64,000 nucleotides of DNA from Candidatus Altiarchaeota archaeon (GCA_043800255.1 JAZDNF010000010.1:67478-131477); one strand, 5' to 3'. Counted from the first letter of the stretch, positions 9,821 through 19,885 are shown. Notes: generated by a model not told the origin, from the sequence alone. Translations and numbers: made by a program.

Positions 9821-10623
9821 GCGGGACAAAGGTCGTCAAACTAAAGTTGGATGGTGATGGGCCCTCACAGAAGCTGCCAAAGCTTAAGGAACCTCCGATA
9901 GAGGATACCCTGAAGCTCTACGATCGTCTGGAAGTCGACGCCGATTTTCTGTATAAGCGGGAATATGCTGATATGCTGAAAGCCGCTGGAGGAGTCAATC
10001 TCATGCCAGAACAAATGCAGGAGGTGCTGTCCGAGCTGGAGAAGAAGCACGGCGATGAGAAAAATTATCCCAAGAAGGCAGGACTATTCATTACAGCTTT
10101 GATACAAAATTCAAGTCAGGAACGTTTCGAATTAGACGCTAAAAAAGCGTTATCCTATGTTGGATGCCGGCTGAAGGGAGGGAAGGACATAAAGATTAAA
10201 GGCGTGCTTGGAGACTATACTGGGGCTGAGATGGAGGATGGCAGCATAACCGTTCTCGGAAGCGCGAGCGACAGCACAGGCCGCGACATGAGAGGCGGGA
10301 AAATACACGTGGAGGGTAGCGTGAACGGCTACACTGGAATGCAAATGAAGGCCGGCGAGATAACCGTGATGGGACATGCTGGGGACTGCACAGGCCATCT
10401 CATGGAGAATGGAAAGATAAAGGTGATGCAGGATGTCGGGCGTCTCACGGGGTTCAACATGAAAGGCGGGGAAATCTGGGTCGGAGGAAACGCTCACATG
10501 GACACTGGCTCTTTCATGGGAGGCGGGAAAATCTATGTTGTCGGAGGGATAACCCACATAGACAAGGATAGTATAAAAGGCGGCGAAATATTCGCAGAAG
10601 GGTCAAAGGTGTGGCCAGAATGA
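9817..10623 (+). CDS. Array member 14, GXGXG beta-helix protein (268 aa)
   Basis: MSGTK leader, GXGXG coils, ATGA overlap. Confidence 0.93.
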   Translation: MSGTKVVKLKLDGDGPSQKLPKLKEPPIEDTLKLYDRLEVDADFLYKREYADMLKAAGGVNLMPEQMQEVLSELEKKHGDEKNYPKKAGLFITALIQNSSQERFELDAKKALSYVGCRLKGGKDIKIKGVLGDYTGAEMEDGSITVLGSASDSTGRDMRGGKIHVEGSVNGYTGMQMKAGEITVMGHAGDCTGHLMENGKIKVMQDVGRLTGFNMKGGEIWVGGNAHMDTGSFMGGGKIYVVGGITHIDKDSIKGGEIFAEGSKVWPE

Positions 10624-11657
10624 CAGGCACAAAGGTCGTCAAACTTAAGCTGGAGGATGGAGCTGGCGATAAGTTGCCGAGGCTTAAGGATGATGACATT
10701 AACGTGGACTCTGTAGCAGAGCTGTTCGAAAAGTTAGAGTATACGACTGTAGATGAGGCTGAATCCTACTACAAGAGTGTGCTTGATGCTACGAAAGGGC
10801 TGCATGCGTCCCCCTTGAAACTGCAGGCTCTGCTAGAAACCATAGAGGAAAAGCATGGCGGGGAAACCAACCCGGATCAGGTCGGCCTATTCCTGACAGC
10901 ATTGATTGAGAACTCCCGACACAGGGAATTCGTGATAAAACCTGGAAAACACCTCTCCTACTTAGGCTACCGGCTGTCAGGCGGCAAGAAAATAGTCGTA
11001 GAAGGTGATGTCGTACGCAATACTGGCAGTGAGATGAGAGGCGGAACTGTTATAGTGGAAGGGGATGCGGTAGACTCCACCGGGGAGAATATGGTGGACG
11101 GCAAGATAATAGTCAAAGGCGAGGCAGGAGCTAGCACAGGCGCTGGGATGCTGGGAGGAAGCATAACGGTTCACGGTGACGCACACCATGCTACTGGTTC
11201 CAGGATGCTTGGTGGAAAAATCCACATCAAAGGCAGTGTTTGGGATCATCTAGGCGATGGGATGAAAGGCGGCAGCATCACAGTCGAAGGGAAAGCTGGG
11301 AACGGGACTGGATCAGCAATGGAAGACGGCACCATAACCATCATGAAAGACAGTGGACATTACACCGGCTATCAGATGAAAGGCGGGAACATCATCGTAA
11401 AAGGTGATGTAACGTATGATTATCTCGGCTACGGCATGGAGGGCGGGAACATAGAGGTGGGAGGAAACGCTGGCAAATGCGTTGGTAATAACATGAAAGG
11501 AGGCCGCATTAACATAGGCGGGAACGGAGGAGACTATCTCGGGGTTGGGATGAAAGCTGGCGAGATCATCGTGGGAGGCAGGATAGAAAAAATTTATCCT
11601 AAGAGCATCGAGGGCGGCGAGATTTGGGAAGCCGGAAAAAAGGTGTGGCCGAAATGA
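10620..11657 (+). CDS. Array member 15, GXGXG beta-helix protein (345 aa)
   Basis: Start moved from 10611 to the MTGTK ATG; long coil run. Confidence 0.92.
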   Translation: MTGTKVVKLKLEDGAGDKLPRLKDDDINVDSVAELFEKLEYTTVDEAESYYKSVLDATKGLHASPLKLQALLETIEEKHGGETNPDQVGLFLTALIENSRHREFVIKPGKHLSYLGYRLSGGKKIVVEGDVVRNTGSEMRGGTVIVEGDAVDSTGENMVDGKIIVKGEAGASTGAGMLGGSITVHGDAHHATGSRMLGGKIHIKGSVWDHLGDGMKGGSITVEGKAGNGTGSAMEDGTITIMKDSGHYTGYQMKGGNIIVKGDVTYDYLGYGMEGGNIEVGGNAGKCVGNNMKGGRINIGGNGGDYLGVGMKAGEIIVGGRIEKIYPKSIEGGEIWEAGKKVWPK

Positions 11658-12343
11658 CAGGGACAAAGATTGTTAAATTGAAATTGGAGGGCGGGACAGG
11701 TGAGAGGCTGCCGAAGCTGATGGATTCACAGGTGAGTGAGGCGGTGTCATTCTACAACGGATGGTCGTATGATGGTAGCAATGGCAGTCATTTCACAGAT
11801 GAGACGTTGAAAAGATTCAGGGGGTTGGATTTCAAAACAAAACAGCTTCAAGAGATTGTCGACATCCTGGAGAGGACTGCACCAGACGAAAGATGGTACT
11901 CTGCGAAGGCAGGGTACTTCTCAAGTGCATTAATGCGGGGTTCGACTGAGAAGGAATTCAGACTAAATGTGCGAAAACCGCTGGACTATTTCGGAAATTA
12001 TCTGTCAGACGGCAAGAAAGTCACAGTGTACGGTGATCTGGGGGACTGGACAGGCAGGATGATGGAAGACGCGCACATCATCGTGAAAGGAAATGCAGGA
12101 GGCGATACCGGAAACTTCATGGACGGCGGCAGCATAGACGTGAAAGGGAATGCTGAAAGATACACTGGCAGTCACATGACCGGCGGACGGATACATGTCT
12201 ACGGCAATGCTGGGGATTACACTGGTGATGACATGGAAGGCGGTAGAATCGAAGTGGGCGGCACTATTGGGGGAATAGGGACTGCCCTCAAAGGCGGTGA
12301 AATCTGGCACAGAGGCGAGAGGGTGTGGCCGAAGGAAGAATGA
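11654..12343 (+). CDS. Array member 16, GXGXG beta-helix protein (229 aa)
   Basis: Start moved from 11624 to the MTGTK ATG (ATGA overlap). Confidence 0.92.
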   Translation: MTGTKIVKLKLEGGTGERLPKLMDSQVSEAVSFYNGWSYDGSNGSHFTDETLKRFRGLDFKTKQLQEIVDILERTAPDERWYSAKAGYFSSALMRGSTEKEFRLNVRKPLDYFGNYLSDGKKVTVYGDLGDWTGRMMEDAHIIVKGNAGGDTGNFMDGGSIDVKGNAERYTGSHMTGGRIHVYGNAGDYTGDDMEGGRIEVGGTIGGIGTALKGGEIWHRGERVWPKEE

Positions 12344-13170
12344 CCGGGACAAAAATCGTTAAGCTGAACTTGGACGGTGCAGCTGACAAGCTGCCTGCGC
12401 TGAGAGAGGATATCACAGACAGAGCCTCTAATCTATTCAAGAGCGGTCTTGATTATTTCGGTTCAACAGAGGAGCACTACAAGAGAATTCTGAAGGATAC
12501 AGGGAATATGAGCGCATCGAATGCTGAACTTCAGTTGATACTCTGCCGATTGGAGGAGGAACATGGAGAACAAAAATGGTACGCTCCGAAGGCGGGGATT
12601 TTCCTCTCAGCGTTTATGCAGAACTCACAAGAAAACAAATTTAGGATAGTGGCTAGGAAACCATTGGACTACCTGGGATATAAGTTGGGGAAGGGCAAGC
12701 AGGTCACAGTTGATGGCGACGTTGGCGATTACGCTGGCGCTAAGATGGATGGCGGAAGCTTAACTATCAAAGGCAACGCCGGGATAAAGACAGGTTATAT
12801 GTTGAATAGGGGTGAGATTCTAGTTGAAGGAGACTCCGGAGACAGCACCGGGGAGAATAATATCTCCGGCATAATAACCGTTGGGGGAAACGTCCCTGGC
12901 AGAACAGGCAACGGGATGAAGGGAGGGAAGGTCACAATAAAGGGCAACGCAGGCAGGCAGACCGGCTACGGCATGAAGGACGGGATAGTGCATGTGCATG
13001 GTGACATGGGGATAGAAACAGGCGCGAGCATGTTCGGCGGCAGAATAGAAGTCGACGGGAACATACAAGCCTACGATGTAGAATGGCTGCAGGGTAATAC
13101 CTGGGGCAAGCAGTTTTTCAAAGGCGAGATATGGAACAAAGGCAAAAGGGTGTGGCCTAAAGAAGAATGA
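12340..13170 (+). CDS. Array member 17, GXGXG beta-helix protein (276 aa)
   Basis: Start moved from 12325 to the MTGTK ATG (ATGA overlap). Confidence 0.92.
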   Translation: MTGTKIVKLNLDGAADKLPALREDITDRASNLFKSGLDYFGSTEEHYKRILKDTGNMSASNAELQLILCRLEEEHGEQKWYAPKAGIFLSAFMQNSQENKFRIVARKPLDYLGYKLGKGKQVTVDGDVGDYAGAKMDGGSLTIKGNAGIKTGYMLNRGEILVEGDSGDSTGENNISGIITVGGNVPGRTGNGMKGGKVTIKGNAGRQTGYGMKDGIVHVHGDMGIETGASMFGGRIEVDGNIQAYDVEWLQGNTWGKQFFKGEIWNKGKRVWPKEE

Positions 13171-14060
13171 CAGGCACAAAAATCGTTAAGCTGAATTTGG
13201 ACGGTGCAGCTGACAAACTTCCAAGTCTGAAGTCCGACCCTGTTGTGGAGGAGGCCCTAAGGTTATACGAGGCCAGCGTATTTGATGGCCATGTTTCAGT
13301 ATACCGCAGAGAAATGGTTGATCATGGTTCAAAGCTGGATGTAAGCCAGAAACAGTTGCAGCATATCGTAGACGTTTTGGAGGAGACACAGCCTGAAGGC
13401 GAATACCTCAGCAAGGGCGGAGTATTCCTGACCGCTCTGATTCAGGCCTCAAGACAGGATGACTTCCAGCTTAGGACAAAAAGGAAACTGAACTTCGTAG
13501 GCTGCAGTCTTACGGAAGGGAAGAGGATAACAGTCTACGGGGACCTGGGGAATAACACTGGAATGCATATGGCCGGGGGAAAACTGCACATACTCGGCAG
13601 CGTAGGCAACGTTACAGGATACGGGATGGAAGACGGCGAAATAACTGTTGGTGGTAATGCCGCAGATGGCACAGGTGTCGGGATGAAGAAGGGAAAAATC
13701 AGAATAGAGGGTGATGTCGGAAACGAGACTGGCGACCAGATGGGCGGCGGCGAGATAGAAGTCCTCGGCAAGGCGGGGGACAGAACAGGCGTCCGTATGA
13801 CCGGCGGAAAAATAAGAGTAGAAAAGGATGCTGGAGACGAGACCGGCCGTTCGATGAGCTGGGGAGCAATCCATGTACGGGGAGACATCGGAGACGACAC
13901 CGGATATGACATGACAGACGGGCTCATCAGGGTGGACGGGAACGCAGGAGAGCATACTGGGCAGATAAGCCGCGGGGGAACCGTCCAAGTCAGAGGCGAA
14001 ATCAAAAGCAAGGCAGAGAACAGGATGTGCGCGATACAACAGGGAGACGAAATCAGATGA
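13167..14060 (+). CDS. Array member 18, GXGXG beta-helix protein (297 aa)
   Basis: Leader, GXGXG coils, ATGA overlap. Confidence 0.93.
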   Translation: MTGTKIVKLNLDGAADKLPSLKSDPVVEEALRLYEASVFDGHVSVYRREMVDHGSKLDVSQKQLQHIVDVLEETQPEGEYLSKGGVFLTALIQASRQDDFQLRTKRKLNFVGCSLTEGKRITVYGDLGNNTGMHMAGGKLHILGSVGNVTGYGMEDGEITVGGNAADGTGVGMKKGKIRIEGDVGNETGDQMGGGEIEVLGKAGDRTGVRMTGGKIRVEKDAGDETGRSMSWGAIHVRGDIGDDTGYDMTDGLIRVDGNAGEHTGQISRGGTVQVRGEIKSKAENRMCAIQQGDEIR

Positions 14061-14845
14061 CAGGTACGAAGGTCGTGAAGCTGAAGCTTGATGGGAATGC
14101 AGCTGGCAAGCTGCCTGAGCTGAGAGACAGGATTGATGAGAGCGTCTTCAGCAAGGCGTTTCAGCTTTTTGAGAGCACACCCTACCCGAACGAGTGGGAA
14201 TACCATCGGAGTCTCATTGGCAGCGTATCAGACGCTGGTTTGGACACAGACAATGTCACGCTCCAGGCGGTGATTGACTCTCTGGAGAAGGATCATGCTG
14301 GCGAAAAGTTCGACGAGGAGGTTGAGGAGATGTTCGGTAACGTCGGATCCTACCATAACAAGGCTGGGCTGCTCTATACTGCCCTGATACAGGCTTCCAG
14401 CAGGAACGAATTCGAGATCACATTGAGAAAGCGTGTCAACTTTCTGGGGCGCCTTTTAGACAGCAAAAAAGTTGTAGTGAACGGCGATGTAGGCCACAAG
14501 CTTGGGTCGAAGATGAAGGCTGGAGAGATTGTTGTGAACGGGAACGCCGGACTGTGGGTTGGCAGTGACATGGCTGGGGGAAAAATCCGCATTAGGGGGA
14601 ATTCTGACAGTTTCGCAGGCAGCTGGGCGAAAGCCGGCGGGATCATAGTCGAAGGCGACGCTGGAACAGGGACTGGAGACGGTCTATGTGGGGGTAATGT
14701 CATCGTCATGGGAGACGCCAAAGGCCGCACCGGACACGACGCATCAAGCGGGGTCATAGACGTGAAAGGCAAAATCAATCGCCTGAGCAAAAAAGTCGGC
14801 CCCTCAGTGACAATACTCGAAGGCGGGAAACAAGTAAAAAAATGA
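14057..14845 (+). CDS. Array member 19, GXGXG beta-helix protein (262 aa)
   Basis: Start moved from 14027 to the MTGTK ATG. Confidence 0.92.
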   Translation: MTGTKVVKLKLDGNAAGKLPELRDRIDESVFSKAFQLFESTPYPNEWEYHRSLIGSVSDAGLDTDNVTLQAVIDSLEKDHAGEKFDEEVEEMFGNVGSYHNKAGLLYTALIQASSRNEFEITLRKRVNFLGRLLDSKKVVVNGDVGHKLGSKMKAGEIVVNGNAGLWVGSDMAGGKIRIRGNSDSFAGSWAKAGGIIVEGDAGTGTGDGLCGGNVIVMGDAKGRTGHDASSGVIDVKGKINRLSKKVGPSVTILEGGKQVKK

Positions 14846-15402
14846 CAGGCACGAAGGTGGTGAAGCTGAAGCTGGAGGAAGGTGTTGGCGGCAAGCTTCC
14901 GAAGATCAGGGAGGATCCGGTGGAGGTTGCGCTTAAGTTGTTCGATGATACGAAGTACTTGGGTCCGGGACAATTCTACCACGATACTGTGAAGAACACG
15001 CGAGGGGTCAGCGTCAGCCCGGAACAGCTTCGAGAGATCCTAAAACACCTTGAAGGAAGGTGGGATGCTGACTACAAATACTCTGCTAGGGTGGGGGCCT
15101 TCCTGACGGCGTTGATACGGAACTCAGAGCATGAGAGTTTCAGGATAAAGCCCCAGCATAGGATACACACTCTTGGAGTGTACTTGGACAGGGAGAAGGA
15201 GATTACTGTGGAGGGGGACGTCGGCGACTGGCTCGGCGACAATATGAAAGCAGGCACGATAATAGTAAAGGGAGACGCTGGAGAATACGCTGGAGGCGAC
15301 CAGCATGGCGGCGAAATAATTGTCGAAGGGTCGGCTGGGCCCTGCGCAGGATGGCGCTCAAGATACGGCAAACTGGACATACGGGAGGGCAAAGGCAAGT
15401 GA
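14842..15402 (+). CDS. Array member 20, GXGXG beta-helix protein (186 aa, shortest)
   Basis: Leader, about 3 coils, ATGA overlap. Confidence 0.92.
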   Translation: MTGTKVVKLKLEEGVGGKLPKIREDPVEVALKLFDDTKYLGPGQFYHDTVKNTRGVSVSPEQLREILKHLEGRWDADYKYSARVGAFLTALIRNSEHESFRIKPQHRIHTLGVYLDREKEITVEGDVGDWLGDNMKAGTIIVKGDAGEYAGGDQHGGEIIVEGSAGPCAGWRSRYGKLDIREGKGK

Positions 15403-16079
15403 CAGGCACAAAGGTAATCAAGTTGAAGTTGGATGGGGACGGCGCAGCTGAGAAATTGCCGAGACTTAAAGAGGGCGTTGTCGAAAAGGCTGTTGAGATA
15501 TACCGGCAGGGTGTGATGGGCATAATGGAGGAAAGCCACTATACGCAGCTGCTTGAGAGCACGAAGGGATTGGATGCGACATCAGACGCGTTGCAGGAGA
15601 TACTCGAAAAACTGGAGAAAAGATTCGGAAACCAAAAATACTTCGAAACCACAGCCGGAATACTCCTGACAACCCTGATACAGAATTCCTCACACGACAA
15701 GTTCAGGATAAAACCCTCAATCCCGCTGAACTATCTGGGATACAATCTGAGCGGCGACAAGGAACTCACAGTGGACGGTTCAGTCGGGGAACTAACAGGA
15801 CATCGCATGGGCGAGGGCATCATAAGCATCATGGGGGATGCTGGAGATAACACCGGGAAGAACATGCGTTGGGGCACCATCAACGTGGTTGGAAACGCTG
15901 GTAACAATACTGGAGAGGAGATGACAGCTGGAAACATAAATGTAAGGGGAAATTCTGGCGTGCGCACAGGACATGCAATGTTCGGCGGTCAGATAAGCGT
16001 CGGAGGAAAAATCAAGAGCATTGGAATACCCTACTTTGGGACCATAACGGAGGCCGGAGAGAAAGTGTTCTCCAAGTAG
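15399..16079 (+). CDS. Array member 21, GXGXG beta-helix protein (226 aa, GTG start)
   Basis: Start moved from 15351 to GTG-TGTK (GTGA overlap). Confidence 0.9.
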   Translation: MTGTKVIKLKLDGDGAAEKLPRLKEGVVEKAVEIYRQGVMGIMEESHYTQLLESTKGLDATSDALQEILEKLEKRFGNQKYFETTAGILLTTLIQNSSHDKFRIKPSIPLNYLGYNLSGDKELTVDGSVGELTGHRMGEGIISIMGDAGDNTGKNMRWGTINVVGNAGNNTGEEMTAGNINVRGNSGVRTGHAMFGGQISVGGKIKSIGIPYFGTITEAGEKVFSK

Positions 16080-16130
16080 GATGGCGGACGAAATCATAGA
16101 CTCGGAAGACGAGAGGCTTAGCCGAAATGA
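16080..16130 (+). pseudogene. Decayed 3' end of a lost array member
   Basis: GGCGGACGAAATC...GACGAGAGGCTTAGCCGAAATGA resembles the consensus tail GGCGGCGAAATC...GAGAGGGTGTGGCCGAAATGA (GGEI...ERVWPK*) with indels. Confidence 0.5.
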
Positions 16131-16813
16131 CAGGAACTAAAATCGTTAAGTTGAAGCTTGAGGAGGGCAGCGGGGAGAAACTTCCGGAGTTGAAGGAGAA
16201 TGTTGTTGACGCTGCGCTCAGGGTCTGGCAGGAGACGCCGTATCAGGGCGTGTATGAGTATACCGAGAGGATACTCTCGAAGACGGAAGGATTGAATGTC
16301 AACTCCAAGCAATTGCAGGAGATAATCTCCCGACTAGAGGAAGATTACTCAGACGGGCGCAAGTACGATGAGGAGGCTGGGCTATTTCTTACGGCGTTGA
16401 TGCGGAACTCTGGCAATTTCAGGTTCAGGATAAAAACGGAAGTGCCTTTGAGTTATGTCGGATACCTGCTCGATGAGGATAAGACTATTACCGTAAACGG
16501 AAACGTCGGGGATAACCTTGGGGAGGAGATGGAAAACGGGAGGATAATAGTGAACGGTCATGCTAGAACCAAGGCCGGCGACGGAATGCGCGGAGGAAAG
16601 ATAGAGATAAAGGGGAGCGCAGGCAATGCGGCAGCACACTGCATGAGAGGGGGAGAATTGCACGTCCAAGGTGGCACGGGGAAAGCGACAGCCCTTAACA
16701 TGACCGGCGGAACTCTCAAAGTCAAAGGAAAGATAGAAGAGATAAGTGCCAACTACGACAAAGGGACCATCTACGAAGGGGAGACAAAAGTCCGCCCCAA
16801 ACCTGGAAAATAG
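16127..16813 (+). CDS. Array member 22, GXGXG beta-helix protein (228 aa)
   Basis: Leader, GXGXG coils; 47-nt gap upstream. Confidence 0.93.
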   Translation: MTGTKIVKLKLEEGSGEKLPELKENVVDAALRVWQETPYQGVYEYTERILSKTEGLNVNSKQLQEIISRLEEDYSDGRKYDEEAGLFLTALMRNSGNFRFRIKTEVPLSYVGYLLDEDKTITVNGNVGDNLGEEMENGRIIVNGHARTKAGDGMRGGKIEIKGSAGNAAAHCMRGGELHVQGGTGKATALNMTGGTLKVKGKIEEISANYDKGTIYEGETKVRPKPGK

Positions 16814-16853
16814 GCCCTATTTCTGTCTGAAATCCCGGATATATACTCGAGAA
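16814..16853 (+). promoter_or_regulatory. Possible internal promoter/regulatory spacer
   Basis: Non-coding gap ending CGGATATATACTCGAGAA-ATG, similar to the 18398-18459 spacer. Confidence 0.3.
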
Positions 16854-17594
16854 ATGACTGGCACGAAGGTAATCAAGCTGAAGCTTGAGGAGGGTAGCGG
16901 GGAAAAGCTCCCAGCGTTGAAGGATCCTGTCGTTGAGGGTGCCGCTGCATTGTATCGGAGTATGGAAATGTTCCCGAAATACGACTACGGTGACCAGCCG
17001 GAAGAGCGCTACCAGGAGCTTCTGGGAATGTCCGTCGGCTTGAATGTGACTCCTGTCCAGGTTCAGAGGATAATAGAGAGACTGGAGCAGGATCATTCCG
17101 AGGAGGAGTACTACGCTGACAAGGCCGGCCTCCTGCTGACGGCGTTGGTCCAGGGCTCAAAATCGAACGAATTCGAATTCACGGCAAAGAAGAAACTGAA
17201 CTATCTTGGGTTCATGCTGGAGGAGGGCAAGACTGTGAAGGTTAACGGCGACCTGGGGGAAAGAATCGGCCGGAAGATGAGAGGCGGCAGCATTGACGTC
17301 TCAGGCTCTGTCGGTGATGAGGCAGGGTGGGAGATGCGCGGAGGGGAAATAACCATCGGAAAGGATGCAGGAGACTGGACCGGATTCGAAATGCATGACG
17401 GAAGAATACACGTGAAAGGCAACACCGACGGCTACGCGGGCTCTGGAATGTATGACGGAGAAATACAGGTCGACGGAAACGCAGGCCGCAAGACAGCAGA
17501 AGGCAAGCGAGGGGGAGTCCTCGACATCAAAGGAGATGTCGCGAGCTGGGGGGACAAGATTGGTAGGGAAATCAGCCCAGGAATTTTCGATTAA
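16854..17594 (+). CDS. Array member 23, GXGXG beta-helix protein (246 aa)
   Basis: Start moved from 16746 to the MTGTK ATG at 16854. Confidence 0.92.
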   Translation: MTGTKVIKLKLEEGSGEKLPALKDPVVEGAAALYRSMEMFPKYDYGDQPEERYQELLGMSVGLNVTPVQVQRIIERLEQDHSEEEYYADKAGLLLTALVQGSKSNEFEFTAKKKLNYLGFMLEEGKTVKVNGDLGERIGRKMRGGSIDVSGSVGDEAGWEMRGGEITIGKDAGDWTGFEMHDGRIHVKGNTDGYAGSGMYDGEIQVDGNAGRKTAEGKRGGVLDIKGDVASWGDKIGREISPGIFD

Positions 17595-17599
17595 GAAGA

Positions 17600-18397
17600 A
17601 TGACAGGAACTAAGATTATCAAACTCAAGTTGGAAGAAGGCGGCGCGGAGAGGCTACCGAAGCTGTTAGGCGACAGAGTGCATGATGCGCTCAGGATTTA
17701 TGACAAGAACTGGGGTCAGGTGATAGCGGTTGATGAGTGGTACCGGAACATGCTAGCGGACAGCGAGAGCCTGGACATGAGGTCTGATGAACTCCAGAGC
17801 CTGCAGGCTGAGCTTGAGAAGAAATCCGGCAGGTTGTCGGGCGACCAACTGCGCTGGCATAACATGCAATCCGGGATACTGCTGAGCGCCCTGATGCAGA
17901 ATTCGAGCGAAACCGAGTTCACGCTCAAGACCAATAAACCGTGGCTTCACCTGGGTTTCGGCCTGAAGGACGGTAAGAAGGTTACCGTGATAGGCTCGCT
18001 CGGTACCTTCGCCGGGAACCAGCTGGCAGGAGGCGCCCTGCACGTCAGAGGGAACACTGGCAGCAATACCGGCGAGAGGATGAAGGCAGGCTCGATAAAG
18101 ATAGAGGGGAACACAAAAGATTACCTTGGCAGCGGGATGGAAGGCGGAACGATTGAGGTAAGCGGGAACGCAGGCAAGAGGGTGGGTTCCAGCCTGAAGG
18201 ACGGCAAAATAGAAGTTGTCGGCGACGTGGGCGACGAAGCGGCATACTGGACTCACGGCGGCACAATACACGTAAAGGGGAACGCAGGCAAGAACACCGG
18301 GTGGAACAACCACTCCAAACTGATTGTTGACGGAAAAATCGAGGGATTCGCGTCAAACGCCAAAGACATCTGGAAAGGCACACGGAAGATCAGGTAA
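17600..18397 (+). CDS. Array member 24, GXGXG beta-helix protein (265 aa)
   Basis: Leader, GXGXG coils; 5-nt gap upstream. Confidence 0.93.
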   Translation: MTGTKIIKLKLEEGGAERLPKLLGDRVHDALRIYDKNWGQVIAVDEWYRNMLADSESLDMRSDELQSLQAELEKKSGRLSGDQLRWHNMQSGILLSALMQNSSETEFTLKTNKPWLHLGFGLKDGKKVTVIGSLGTFAGNQLAGGALHVRGNTGSNTGERMKAGSIKIEGNTKDYLGSGMEGGTIEVSGNAGKRVGSSLKDGKIEVVGDVGDEAAYWTHGGTIHVKGNAGKNTGWNNHSKLIVDGKIEGFASNAKDIWKGTRKIR

Positions 18398-18459
18398 CGG
18401 CGGAAATAGGCTGATTTCCCGCGTTTTTCTCTTTCAACGTCGCGGTATATAACCGGGAA
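18398..18459 (+). promoter_or_regulatory. Possible internal terminator/promoter spacer
   Basis: Longest gap in the array (62 nt): pyrimidine tract TTTTTCTCTTTC followed by CGGTATATAACCGGGAA-ATG. Confidence 0.35.
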
Positions 18460-19068
18460 ATGTCTGAGACGAAGATTGTCAAGCTGAAGCTGGAGGATTT
18501 GGGGGCAGGGGAGAAATTGCCTGATTTAAGGCAGAATCCTGTGGAAACAGCTTTGAGAATCTATGAGAAGACTGAGATTCCGCCAGTTTCGAGACCTGAT
18601 GAACGACAGTTGATCGAGGCTAACAGGTACCATGCGGCTTTCATCGAGCAGACCCGTGATTTGGACACCACGCCAGAGCATTTGAGGGAGCTTCTGAGGA
18701 AACTTGAGGCGCAGCATGGTGATGATGAGCATTTCAGGCACAAGGCGGCAGTACTGTTGACGGTGTTAATGCAACATTCCAGTGCAGAGAAATTCGAGAT
18801 AAAACCTAAAAAGAGGCTGGATTTTTTCGGGCTCATGTTGAACGCTGACAAGGAGATAACCGTTGACGGTAATGTCGGCAACAATCTGGGTCATGCGATG
18901 AACGATGGGAAAATAATCGTGAAGGGTAACGCGTTGAAGGGAACCGGCTCTTCAAAAAAAGGGGGATACATCCTGGTTGAAGGGGACACTGGAGAGGACA
19001 CAGGCGAAGACGAAAGAGGGGGAAATATCAAAGTGATTGGGCGTAGGGATAATCCGTATCTAAAATAA
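18460..19068 (+). CDS. Array member 25, GXGXG beta-helix protein (202 aa)
   Basis: MSETKIVKLKLE leader, few coils. Confidence 0.92.
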   Translation: MSETKIVKLKLEDLGAGEKLPDLRQNPVETALRIYEKTEIPPVSRPDERQLIEANRYHAAFIEQTRDLDTTPEHLRELLRKLEAQHGDDEHFRHKAAVLLTVLMQHSSAEKFEIKPKKRLDFFGLMLNADKEITVDGNVGNNLGHAMNDGKIIVKGNALKGTGSSKKGGYILVEGDTGEDTGEDERGGNIKVIGRRDNPYLK

Positions 19069-19081
19069 GTTAGGTAGTAGG

Positions 19082-19885
19082 ATGACGGACACAAAAGTTA
19101 TAAAACTCAAACTCGAAGGGGATTCAAGTGAACGATTGCCCAATCTCATGGGAGACACCACCACCCTCCGGGCGTTGAATATATTCTCCCAGTCTGACAG
19201 AGAAGAAGAACCGCTTGCAGCATACAACAAATACCAAGAGCAGACCAAAGACCTTAATGTCAGCTCCCGGCAGCTGAACGAGATAATCAAAAGCCTGGAG
19301 GAAACTTTCCCCCCCAATGAGGACATCCGAAACACGCGCTACTTCGGGCTGTTAACCTCTGCTTTGATAAACAACTCAAAGGAGAAGAAGTTCAGAATAA
19401 AATCCCGATTCCCGATGGACTTCGTAGGGTACAAGCTGGACGGCGGGAAGGAGCTGACAGTCGACTGCGAAGTCGGCGACGGCACAGGCATGTACATGAA
19501 AAGCGGGAAAATACTGGTCAATGGCCACGCGATGGACGACACCGGCGCGCTGATGGAAGGCGGCTACATCGAAATCAGGCAGGGAGCTCTGAGCGACGTG
19601 GGGAACGGCATGAAGGGCGGAAAAATCAAGGTCATAGGAGACGCGTACGTGGGAGCTGGCAGGGAGATGGAAGGCGGTGAAATAATAGTCGAAGGAAACG
19701 CCGACTCCCACACCGCGTGGAGGATGAGGAAAGGGCACATAGTAATCACAGGGAATGTAACTGATTTCACAGGCGAGCGCATGCGCGGAGGCCTGCTCGA
19801 AGTCGATGGGAGCATACAAGCCCTCGGCGACGTGAAAGGCGGGGAAATCCGCAGAAAAGGGGAAACGTACTGGAAAAAAGAATGA
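19082..19885 (+). CDS. Array member 26, GXGXG beta-helix protein (267 aa)
   Basis: MTDTK leader, GXGXG coils; AGGT upstream. Confidence 0.93.
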   Translation: MTDTKVIKLKLEGDSSERLPNLMGDTTTLRALNIFSQSDREEEPLAAYNKYQEQTKDLNVSSRQLNEIIKSLEETFPPNEDIRNTRYFGLLTSALINNSKEKKFRIKSRFPMDFVGYKLDGGKELTVDCEVGDGTGMYMKSGKILVNGHAMDDTGALMEGGYIEIRQGALSDVGNGMKGGKIKVIGDAYVGAGREMEGGEIIVEGNADSHTAWRMRKGHIVITGNVTDFTGERMRGGLLEVDGSIQALGDVKGGEIRRKGETYWKKE

